A stretch of DNA of 32,772 bases from Dehalococcoidia bacterium. Lineage in GTDB: Bacteria > Chloroflexota > Dehalococcoidia > UBA2979. Both the position numbers and the translations under genes were made by a program. The stretch lies in the NCBI GenBank assembly GCA_040902395.1, contig JBBDXH010000089.1, forward strand, positions 1-32,772, read 5' to 3'. The notes beneath the pieces are model-generated. The model was not told the origin of the DNA. It saw nothing but the letters and a program-made list of their open reading frames with translations, and did not search any database. Positions 1-8,039 of this stretch are shown in pieces. Positions within the stretch are counted from its first letter, which is position 1. Each line of letters begins with the position of its first letter.

Positions 1-146
1 AGCGCCGCGAAGGCGCGCGCCGCCTCGCCGCGCTGTTCGCGCAGCCACTCGGGCTCGCCGCGCACACCGGCCGCCGCGATCACGGCAACCTCGCCGTAAC
101 CGGCGCGAAGCGCCGTGTCCTGTTCGCTGGTTCGAGCGTCGCTCAT
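1..146 (-). CDS. sufD: Fe-S cluster assembly protein SufD, N-terminal part (truncated by window edge)
   Basis: Manual translation MSDARTSEQDTALRAGYGEVAVIAAAGVRGEPEWLREQRGEAARAFAA; the EPEWLRxxRxxAxxxF pattern is typical of SufB/SufD N-termini; lies directly downstream of sufB; GGGAAG upstream of ATG 146 (alternative ATG 152). Confidence 0.75.
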   Translation of the reverse strand, partial: MSDARTSEQDTALRAGYGEVAVIAAAGVRGEPEWLREQRGEAARAFAA

Positions 147-254
147 GCTCATCTTCCCGTCGCGCCCGCAGGGGACATGGGGACTGACCTGAGTCGGATC
201 GCGCGCGGCACGCGCTCGGCGCCGCCGCGCAAGCGCCGGCGCCTCCGACGCTGC

Positions 255-1670
255 CTAGCCCACCGACCCTTCCATCTGCAGTTCGATCAGCCGGTTGAGC
301 TCGATCGCGTACTCCATGGGGAGCTCCTTCACGATCGGCTCCACGAAGCCGTTCACGACCATCTTCGCTGCGTTCTCTTCGACGATGCCGCGAGACATCA
401 GGTAGAAGAGCTGGTCCTCGCCGAGCTTCGAGACCGAGGCCTCGTGCCCGATGTTCACCTGCTCCTCGTCGACTTCCATGGTGGGGTAGGTGTCCGAGCG
501 CGAGAGCTCGTCGAGCAGCAGCGCGTCGCAGCGCACGGTCGACGTCGAGTTCTTCGCGCCTTCGTAGACCTTGAGCAGCCCGCGGTATGACGTGCGACCG
601 CTGCCGCGCGAGACCGACTTCGAGACGATCGCGGACGAGGTGTTCGGCGCGACGTGCACGACCTTGCCGCCGGCGTCCTGGTGCTGGCCGTTGCCGGCGA
701 ACGCGAGCGAGAGGATCTCGCCGTGTGCCCGCTCGCCCATGAGGAACACCGACGGGTACTTCATCGTGAGCATGGAGCCGAGGTTGCCGTCGACCCACTC
801 CATGATCGCGTCTTCGTACGCGTAGGCACGCTTCGTGACGAGGTTGTAGACGTTGTTCGACCAGTTCTGAATCGTCGTGTAGCGGACGCGTGCGCCCTTC
901 TTGACGATGATCTCGACCACCGCCGAGTGCAACGACGCGCTGCTGTAGATCGGGGCGGTGCAGCCCTCGACGTAGTGCACCTGGCTGCCCTCGTCGGCGA
1001 TGATCAGCGTCCGCTCGAACTGGCCCATGTTCTCCGTGTTGATGCGGAAGTAGGCCTGGAGCGGGATGTCGACCTTCACGCCCTTCGGCACGTAGATGAA
1101 CGAGCCGCCCGACCACACGGCCGAGTTGAGCGCGGCGTACTTGTTGTCGCCGGGCGGGATGATCGTGCCGAAATACTCCTCGACCATCTCGGGATGCTCG
1201 GCGAGCGCCTGGTCCATCCCGAGGAAGAGCACGCCCAGCTTCGAGAGATCTTCGCGGATGTTGTGGTAGACGACCTCGGAGTCGTACTGCGCACCGGCGC
1301 CGGCGAGGAACTGCTTCTCCGCCTCCGGGATGCCGAGCTTGTCGAACGTGTTCTTGATGTACTCGGGCACGTCGTCCCAGTTGGTGGAGTCACGATCGGT
1401 CGCGCGCACGTAGTAGTGGATGTTGTCGAAGTCGAGCGCCGCGAGCAGCTCCGGGCTGCCGGCCCACGACGGGTTGGGCAGCTCGAGGAAGCGCTGGTAG
1501 GCGTCGAGCCGGAAGTCGAGCATCCACGCCGGCTCGCCCTTCATCGCGGACATGCCGCGGATGACGCCTTCGTTCAGGCCCTTGTCGGCGATGAACAGCG
1601 GCGCCTCAGTGTCGTGGAAGCCCCACTTGTATTCGCCGACGATCTGCTTGTTCTGCTCGGTTGTCGTCAT
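255..1670 (-). CDS. sufB: Fe-S cluster assembly scaffold SufB
   Basis: Motifs [50 protein letters not shown]-terminal QMEGSVG; ATGA overlap with sufC. Confidence 0.97.
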   Translation of the reverse strand: MTTTEQNKQIVGEYKWGFHDTEAPLFIADKGLNEGVIRGMSAMKGEPAWMLDFRLDAYQRFLELPNPSWAGSPELLAALDFDNIHYYVRATDRDSTNWDDVPEYIKNTFDKLGIPEAEKQFLAGAGAQYDSEVVYHNIREDLSKLGVLFLGMDQALAEHPEMVEEYFGTIIPPGDNKYAALNSAVWSGGSFIYVPKGVKVDIPLQAYFRINTENMGQFERTLIIADEGSQVHYVEGCTAPIYSSASLHSAVVEIIVKKGARVRYTTIQNWSNNVYNLVTKRAYAYEDAIMEWVDGNLGSMLTMKYPSVFLMGERAHGEILSLAFAGNGQHQDAGGKVVHVAPNTSSAIVSKSVSRGSGRTSYRGLLKVYEGAKNSTSTVRCDALLLDELSRSDTYPTMEVDEEQVNIGHEASVSKLGEDQLFYLMSRGIVEENAAKMVVNGFVEPIVKELPMEYAIELNRLIELQMEGSVG

Positions 1671-2449
1671 GACGTCACCGCTTCCTCGACCATGCCCAGC
1701 TCCCGGAGGATCGGGTCGTACCCGTTCGCTTCGATCTGCAGCGCCAGCTCCGGGCCACCTGAGCGGACGATGTTGCCGCCCACGAGGATGTGCACGAAGT
1801 CGGGCGTGATGTAGTTCAGGATGCGCTGGTAGTGCGTGATGATCAGGATCCCGATCTCAGGCGTGCGCAGCGCGTTCACACCCTCTGCGACGGTACGCAG
1901 CGCGTCCACGTCGAGCCCGGAGTCCGTCTCGTCGAGGATGGCCAGGTCTGGCTTGAGCATGCCGAGCTGGAGAATCTCGGCGCGCTTCTTCTCGCCGCCC
2001 GAGAAGCCGTCGTTCACGTACCGGCGCGCGAACGACTCGTCCATCTTCAGCGCCTGGAGGGTCGACCGCAGCTGCGCGAGGAACTCGCGCGGCGGCTGGT
2101 CGGTGCCGGTGCGCGCCTTCATCGCCTCGCGCAGCAGGTTCACCATGGTCACGCCGGGAATGGCCGTCGGGTACTGGAACGAGAGGAACAGTCCGAGGCG
2201 CGCGCGCGCGTCCGCCTTGAGGGCCGTGATGTCCTCGCCCTTGAAGATGATCTGCCCGCTGTCGACCGTGTACACGGGACTGCCGGCGATCGTCGTTGCG
2301 AGGGTGCTCTTGCCGGAGCCGTTCGGCCCCATCAAGGCGTGCACCTCGCCGCGGCCGATCTTGAGGTCGATGCCCTTGATGATCTGCGTGTCCCGCTGGT
2401 CAGTAATGCTGACCTTGAGGTTCCGAAGTTCGAGGATCGGCTCACTCAT
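1667..2449 (-). CDS. sufC: Fe-S cluster assembly ATPase SufC
   Basis: Walker [41 protein letters not shown]; start MSEPILEL at 2449 after GGAG. Confidence 0.96.
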   Translation of the reverse strand: MSEPILELRNLKVSITDQRDTQIIKGIDLKIGRGEVHALMGPNGSGKSTLATTIAGSPVYTVDSGQIIFKGEDITALKADARARLGLFLSFQYPTAIPGVTMVNLLREAMKARTGTDQPPREFLAQLRSTLQALKMDESFARRYVNDGFSGGEKKRAEILQLGMLKPDLAILDETDSGLDVDALRTVAEGVNALRTPEIGILIITHYQRILNYITPDFVHILVGGNIVRSGGPELALQIEANGYDPILRELGMVEEAVTS

Positions 2450-2531
2450 CGCTGGCTGTCCGTCTCCCTGTATTCCGTGTTTCAACAGACCCGCGGCGCG
2501 CATGCAGCCACGTCCGTGTGTTCCGCCGCTG

Positions 2532-3170
2532 TTACGCCTTGACCACCAGGTATTCGCAGCTGTCGCTGCCGGACGCCACCGTGGACAGCTGTACGACCGG
2601 CAGCCCGATCAGCAGCTCGATCGTGCGACGGTCGGCGTCGCACGGCGCGCTGTGGTCCTCCGCGCACGAGCGATACGGGCAGCCGACGTTGTGCAGCCGG
2701 AAGGCGTCGCCTTCGTCCGTGACGTCGCTCAGGATGCCCTCTTCGCGCATGGCGGCGGTGACCTGGGCGACGCGCTCGTCGAGTCGCTCGGCGCGGACCT
2801 GGAACGCGTGATCGCGGGCCCGCGCCTCCCCGAGCTCCACGAAGAGCCGGTCGAGCACGCCGCTCCCGTCCAGCCCGGCGACATCGGCCTCGCCGAGGCT
2901 CGCGAGCGCGGGGTAGATGCGATCGAGCAGCCGCGAGTAGTGCGCCGCGGAACTCTGCTCCTCGCCCGCCTCGCTCAGCGAGTAGCGCGCCGCGGGGCGG
3001 CCGCGCGGCAGGCGCACGAGCCGCGCATCCACGAGCCCCTCCGCCACGAGCAGGTCCATATGCCGTCGGATCGACCCCTCGGATACCCCGATGCGCTCCG
3101 CCAGCTCCGCCACGGTGCATTCGCCCCGGTTCTGCAGGAGGTGCATGACTTCGTCGCGAGTGCGTTCCAT
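2532..3170 (-). CDS. sufR: SufR-like Fe-S sensing HTH transcriptional regulator
   Basis: N-terminal wHTH (TVAELAERIGVSEGSIRRHM...RGRP), C-terminal HNVGCPY..C...CEY cysteine pattern; first gene of the suf operon; start assumed MERTRDEV. Confidence 0.8.
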   Translation of the reverse strand: MERTRDEVMHLLQNRGECTVAELAERIGVSEGSIRRHMDLLVAEGLVDARLVRLPRGRPAARYSLSEAGEEQSSAAHYSRLLDRIYPALASLGEADVAGLDGSGVLDRLFVELGEARARDHAFQVRAERLDERVAQVTAAMREEGILSDVTDEGDAFRLHNVGCPYRSCAEDHSAPCDADRRTIELLIGLPVVQLSTVASGSDSCEYLVVKA

Positions 3171-3231
3171 CGAGTTACCCCGTCTCGAGCGGCCGTCCGC
3201 CCGCATTGAGGCGCATTGAGCCCTTGCTTCG

Positions 3232-3260
3232 AGGCTAGGCGCGCCTTCCCGCAATGTCAA
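3232..3260 (-). promoter_or_regulatory. sigma70-type promoter of the suf operon
   Basis: Minus strand TTGACA (3260-3255) - 17 nt - TAGCCT (3237-3232), with an AT-rich UP-like tract at 3261-3279 in a very GC-rich background. Confidence 0.75.
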
Positions 3261-3579
3261 TGATTTATGCATTTTATAGCGAGGAAGTGCACTTAAGTCG
3301 CGGTGCCCACCGGCAGCGGTCGATCAGCCGCCGGTGGCAACGGGGCGTCCGTCCGCGCGATGCACGTCGACATACTGCCGTCCGTCGATGGCCGACGACC
3401 GGTCGACAGCGTCCCGAGGCTAGCCCGAAACGGAGACCGCAGTCGATGGTCGGAGTCGCGTCCGCCGATTCGTGTCGGCGGCTGTCTGCCGCCGCTTGCC
3501 CGGAACCCGGGGGCACCTCATACGATGCGCCGGCGTCCGACAGGCGACGCCCAGCGGTCACGACGGAAGGCGGAGTGCA

Positions 3580-4005
3580 ATGAGCGACGAAGAGGTCCAG
3601 GGACTGAAAGTCGGCTCCAGCGCGAGCATCGCGAAGACGGTCACACAGGACGACGTCAACCGCTTTGCCGAGGTCACGCTCGACCACAACCCACTGCACT
3701 CCAACGCCGAGTACGCGGCCCGTACGCGCTTCAAGCAGCCGATCGCGCACGGCATGCTCGGCGCCGGCCTGATCTCGGCTGCCATCGGCACGAAGCTCGC
3801 GCCAAACTCGGTCGTCATCTACATGGCGCAGAACATGCAGTTCCGCGCGCCGGTGGTGCCGGGCGACACCATCACGGCGACGACGACCGTCTCCAAGGTC
3901 GACGCGGAGCGCAGCCGGGTGTCGCTCGATACAATCGTCACAAACCAGGACGGCACGGAGGTGATCCGCGGTGACGCGCTCGTGATGGTCGAGGCGCCGC
4001 GCTAG
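3580..4005 (+). CDS. MaoC/PhaJ-family (R)-specific enoyl-CoA hydratase
   Basis: Hydratase-2 motif FAEVTLDHNPLH...IAHGML, FRAPVVPGDTI; GGAG RBS before ATG 3580; TACGAT -10-like hexamer at 3521. Confidence 0.9.
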   Translation: MSDEEVQGLKVGSSASIAKTVTQDDVNRFAEVTLDHNPLHSNAEYAARTRFKQPIAHGMLGAGLISAAIGTKLAPNSVVIYMAQNMQFRAPVVPGDTITATTTVSKVDAERSRVSLDTIVTNQDGTEVIRGDALVMVEAPR

Positions 4006-4151
4006 CCGGCCGGAGTACCGGCTGCGACCTCCGTTCCGCCCCATCCGCTCACGACGGCGCGCCCGGCATCCGAGCCGTCGCGCGCGGGCGGGTCGGCGAG
4101 CAGGCCCGACGCCGAGCACGCGCGGGCGGTCGCGTCCGGAAGAGAGAGTCG

Positions 4152-5891
4152 ATGACGAACGCACAGGACGCCGCCGCGCACACGGCCGCGGCCGGCTCGA
4201 GCGGCCAGGCGGCCGCAGGCGGCGACGGCGCGCTCGGCGCGATCGCGGCCGCCCGCGCGGCGTGGGAGGAGCGCACGCTCCAGAAGGTGCTGGCACGCTT
4301 CCCCGAGCGGCGCCCACGCTTCGACGCCTCATCGACCGCCACCGAGCGCGTGTACACACCGCTCGACATCTCCGGCGTCGACTACGTCGGGGACATCGGC
4401 TTCCCCGGCGAGTACCCCTTCACGCGGGGCGTGCAGCCCACGATGTACCGAGGGCGGCTGTGGACGATGCGCCAGTACGCCGGCTTCGGCACCGCGCAGG
4501 AGACGAACGAGCGCTTTCAGCACCTGATCCGCAACGGCCAGACCGGCCTCTCGACCGCGTTCGACCTGCCCACGCAGACCGGCTACGACTCGGACCACCC
4601 CATGTCCGCGGGCGAGGTCGGCCAGGTGGGCGTCGCCATCGACTCGCTCGCCGACATGGAGACGCTGTTCGCGGGCATCCCGCTCGACGAGATCTCGACG
4701 TCCATGACGATCAACGCGCCCGCGGCGATGCTCGTCGCGATGTACATCGTGACCGCGCAGAAGCAGGGGCACGATGCCGGCGTGATCATGGGCACCGCCC
4801 AGAACGACGTGCTCAAGGAGTACGTCGCGCGCGGGACGTACATCTTCCCGCCGGCGCAGTCTGTGCGCCTCGCGGCGAACCTGATCACGTACTGCGCGCG
4901 CGAGACGCCGAAGTTCAATTCGATCTCGGTCTCCGGCTACCACATCCGGGAGGCCGGCTCGACGGCCGCGCAGGAGATCGCCTTCGCCTTCGCGAACGCG
5001 ATCGCGTACGTGGAGGAGTGCCGCCGGCAGGGCGCCGACGTCGATGACGTGGCCCCGCGCATCTCGTGGATCTTCAACACCCACAATCACTTCTTCGAAG
5101 AGATCGCCAAGTACCGCACGCTGCGGCGGATGTGGGCGCGCCTCATGCGCGACCGCTTCGGCGCCCGGCAGCCGTCGTCCTGGATGCTGCGCACGCACAC
5201 GCAGACCGGCGGCTCCACGCTCACCGCGCAGCAGCCGCTGAACAACATCGCACGTGCCGCGCTCCAGGCGCTCGCCGCCGTGGTCGGCGGCGTGCAGTCG
5301 CTCGCGCTCTCCTGCTACGACGAGGCGCTTGCGTTGCCCACAGAAGAGGCGCAGCAGATCGCGCTGCGCACGCAGCAGATCATCGCCCACGAGTCCGGCG
5401 TCGCCGACACCGTCGACCCGATCGCCGGCTCGTACTACGTGGAGGCGATGACGAACCAGCTCGAGGCCGAGGCGCAGAAGATCATGGACCGCGTGGAGGA
5501 CATCGGCGGCGCCGTCGCCTCGATCGAGTCCGGCTACATGCAGTCCGAGATCCAGGAAGCCTCCGTGCGGCACCAGCGCGAGGTCGAATCGGGCGAGCGC
5601 GTGATCGTGGGCGTGAACCAGTACGTCGACGAGAACGAGCAGGTCACCCCGATCTTCCGGCCGAACCTCGAGGTCGCGCAGGCGCAGCTCGAGCGCCTGG
5701 CGAAGCTTCGCGGGGGGCGTGACCTGGCCCCGGTCGACGCCGCGCTCGCGCGGCGGCGCGCCGCGGCGCGCGACGACACGAACCTCATGGAGCCGATCAT
5801 GGCGGCCGTGCGCACGTACGCCACGCTCGGCGAGATGTGCGGCGTGCTCCGCGAGGAGTGGGGCGAGTACGTCCCGCCGACCGCCATCTGA
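4152..5891 (+). CDS. Adenosylcobalamin-dependent acyl-CoA mutase, large (substrate-binding) subunit, methylmalonyl-CoA mutase family
   Basis: PGEYPFTRG, WTMRQYAGFG, GLSTAFDLPTQ, QNDVLKEY, SGYHIREAG, ATLGEMC; no C-terminal DxHxxG B12-binding domain. Confidence 0.95.
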   Translation: MTNAQDAAAHTAAAGSSGQAAAGGDGALGAIAAARAAWEERTLQKVLARFPERRPRFDASSTATERVYTPLDISGVDYVGDIGFPGEYPFTRGVQPTMYRGRLWTMRQYAGFGTAQETNERFQHLIRNGQTGLSTAFDLPTQTGYDSDHPMSAGEVGQVGVAIDSLADMETLFAGIPLDEISTSMTINAPAAMLVAMYIVTAQKQGHDAGVIMGTAQNDVLKEYVARGTYIFPPAQSVRLAANLITYCARETPKFNSISVSGYHIREAGSTAAQEIAFAFANAIAYVEECRRQGADVDDVAPRISWIFNTHNHFFEEIAKYRTLRRMWARLMRDRFGARQPSSWMLRTHTQTGGSTLTAQQPLNNIARAALQALAAVVGGVQSLALSCYDEALALPTEEAQQIALRTQQIIAHESGVADTVDPIAGSYYVEAMTNQLEAEAQKIMDRVEDIGGAVASIESGYMQSEIQEASVRHQREVESGERVIVGVNQYVDENEQVTPIFRPNLEVAQAQLERLAKLRGGRDLAPVDAALARRRAAARDDTNLMEPIMAAVRTYATLGEMCGVLREEWGEYVPPTAI

Positions 5892-6011
5892 GGCGTCGGT
5901 TCTGCCACGTCCGCGCCCCATCGATTGCCGCGCACGCGGCTATCCGGTAGTAACACCGAGCAACCGAGGCCGGGCCGGCCGGCGCCGTATGACCGAGGGG
6001 GGAACGAGACG

Positions 6012-6758
6012 ATGGCAGGGGCACTCGACGGCCAGGTGGCGGTCGTCACCGGCGCGAGCCGGGGCATCGGCCGCGCATGCGCGATCGAGCTCGCGAAGCA
6101 CGGCGCGAACGTCGTCGTGAATTACACGTCGAACAAAGACGCCGCGGAGTCCGCGGCGAAGGAGATCGAGGCGCACGGCGTGAAGGCGCTCGTCGTGCAG
6201 GCGGACGTGTCGAAAGCCGATCAGGCGAAAACGCTGATCGAAACCGCCGAGAAGACGTTCGGCAAGGTCGACATCCTCGTCAACAACGCCGGCATCAACC
6301 GTGACCGCACGGTGCAGCGCATGTCGGTGGACGAATGGGACTCGGTGATCGAGACCGACCTCTCGTCGATGTTCTACTGCACGAACGCCGTGGTGACCGG
6401 CATGCGCGATCGCGGCTACGGCCGGATCATCAACATGTCGTCGATCATCGGGCAGATGGGGAACCTCGGTCAGGCGAACTATGCGGCGGCAAAGGCCGGC
6501 ATGATCGCGTTCACGAAGTCCGCCGCGAAGGAACTCGCGCGCTTCGGTATCACGGTCAATGCCGTGTGCCCCGGCTTCGTGGAGACCGACATGGTGATGG
6601 CGCTCTCCGACGAGGTGAAGGCCAACCTGATCTCGCAGATTCCGCTCGGCCGCTTCGGGACCGCCGAAGACGTCGCGGCGACGGTCCGCTTCCTCTGCAC
6701 GGAGGGGGGGTTCTATACCGGTGCGCAGATGAGCCTCAACGGCGGCCAGTACATGTAG
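6012..6758 (+). CDS. SDR family acetoacetyl-CoA reductase / 3-oxoacyl reductase (PhaB/FabG-like)
   Basis: TGASRGIG, NNAGINRDRT, SSIIGQ..GQANYAAAK, CPGFVETDMV, C-terminal NGGQYM, resembling Bacillus-type PhaB; GAGGGG RBS. Confidence 0.88.
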   Translation: MAGALDGQVAVVTGASRGIGRACAIELAKHGANVVVNYTSNKDAAESAAKEIEAHGVKALVVQADVSKADQAKTLIETAEKTFGKVDILVNNAGINRDRTVQRMSVDEWDSVIETDLSSMFYCTNAVVTGMRDRGYGRIINMSSIIGQMGNLGQANYAAAKAGMIAFTKSAAKELARFGITVNAVCPGFVETDMVMALSDEVKANLISQIPLGRFGTAEDVAATVRFLCTEGGFYTGAQMSLNGGQYM

Positions 6759-6785
6759 CAGCGGCCCCGCCGCCGCGCGTACGCG

Positions 6786-6815
6786 AGAAGGCCGCCCTCG
6801 GGCGGTCTTCTTCGT
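6786..6815 (+). terminator. Intrinsic terminator-like hairpin after the reductase
   Basis: AGAAGGCCGCCC-TC-GGGCGGTCTTCT then TCGT, about 28 nt after the stop. Confidence 0.65.
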
Positions 6816-6915
6816 GGCGGTCGCGTTCGGGCGATCGACGGGAGCGCGGGAACCGCGCCGCGCGCCGCGTCGTCTCACCGGCGACACGAAGACCGAGCGA
6901 GGACGGAGCGGACAC

Positions 6916-7341
6916 ATGCGTTGGTTACGGGGTGCGATGGTCGTTGCGATGGTGCTGATCGCGGGCTGCGGCGACGCGGACGAACCCGCCGTGAGCGCGA
7001 CCGGCACCGTGCCGGGTGGCGGCGCGGTCACGCCCGGCGGAGGCGCTGCCATGGGCCCCGGTCTCTCGATCGCGGAGGCGCTGACGACGACGGCGGACGG
7101 TCCGCTGCTCGTGCGCGGATTCCTGGTGGCTCGCGGCAACGTGGTCCAGCTGTGCGAGGCACTTGCAGAGTCGCATCCGCCGCAGTGCGGCGGTGGCTCG
7201 CTCACCGTCGAAGGACTGGACATCGAGCAGCGCGACGATCTCGAGGAAGCCGAAGGCACCCGCTGGTCCGCGGCAGAGATCACACTGTTAGGCGAGATGA
7301 CGGCCGGCACGCTCACGGTCGATCCGTCGGCCACGGGTTAG
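6916..7341 (+). CDS. Putative lipoprotein of unknown function
   Basis: MRWLRGAMVVAMVLIAG|C lipobox; Gly/Pro linker; LCEALAESHPPQCGG two-Cys motif; GGAG RBS. Confidence 0.75.
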   Translation: MRWLRGAMVVAMVLIAGCGDADEPAVSATGTVPGGGAVTPGGGAAMGPGLSIAEALTTTADGPLLVRGFLVARGNVVQLCEALAESHPPQCGGGSLTVEGLDIEQRDDLEEAEGTRWSAAEITLLGEMTAGTLTVDPSATG

Positions 7342-7384
7342 CGATCCGGTCACTGGCGTAACCGGCCCCCGACGCGCGAGACTG

Positions 7385-7414
7385 GAGGACCGCCCGCGGG
7401 CGGTCCTCTTTCGT
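7385..7414 (+). terminator. Intrinsic terminator-like hairpin after the lipoprotein gene
   Basis: Perfect 24-bp palindrome GAGGACCGCCCGCGGGCGGTCCTC followed by TTTCGT. Confidence 0.65.
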
Positions 7415-7434
7415 CCACCACGGGAGCACGCGAG

Positions 7435-8037
7435 ATGTCCGCGATCGGCCGCCGCGTGATCGTGATCGGCAACACGAGCAGCGGGAAGAGCACGCTGGCA
7501 GCAACGCTCGCGCGCTCGCTCGAAGTGCCGTTCGTGGAGCTCGACGCCCTGAACTGGGAGCCGAACTGGGTGGAGGCGCCCGACGCGGTGCTTCGCGCCC
7601 GCGTGGCGGATGCGACGAGCGGAGCAGAGTGGGTGGTCGCCGGGAACTACCTCTCGAAGACGCAGGACCTCACCTGGCCGCGCGTGGAGACCGTGATCTA
7701 CCTCGACTACTCGCTGCCATTCGTGCTCTGGCGCGTGCTCGCGCGCTCGTGGCGCCGCTGGCGCTCGCGCGAGCTGCTGTGGGGCACGAACACAGAGTCG
7801 TTCTGGAAGCACCTCTCGTCCTGGGACGACTCGCTGCTGGTGTGGGCGATGAAGAGCCACGCGAAGCATCGCGCGCGCTGGCCCGAGCTCGTCACGGATC
7901 CGCGCTGGGCGCACGTGCGCTTCGTGCGCCTGTGCTCGCAGCGCGAGACCGACCGCTGGCTCGCGGGAGCGCTCGCGCCTGAGCCGAACTCGGCGCCTGC
8001 GTCCGCGCCGATCGCGCCGCCGGCGGAGGCGGGCTGA
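7435..8037 (+). CDS. Adenylate-kinase-like P-loop protein (FlaR / topology modulation family)
   Basis: VIVIGNTSSGKSTLA, ELDALNWEPNW, WVVAGNY, ELLWGTNTES. Confidence 0.85.
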   Translation: MSAIGRRVIVIGNTSSGKSTLAATLARSLEVPFVELDALNWEPNWVEAPDAVLRARVADATSGAEWVVAGNYLSKTQDLTWPRVETVIYLDYSLPFVLWRVLARSWRRWRSRELLWGTNTESFWKHLSSWDDSLLVWAMKSHAKHRARWPELVTDPRWAHVRFVRLCSQRETDRWLAGALAPEPNSAPASAPIAPPAEAG

Positions 8038-8039
8038 GC

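Noticed and set aside
3280-3520. Intergenic stretch between sufR and maoC with short GC stems
   Set aside because: Stems are expected at this GC content and no known RNA motif was recognised.
4006-4151. Possible cobalamin riboswitch before the mutase
   Set aside because: No B12-box or conserved GGGAA / GCCACTG core seen.
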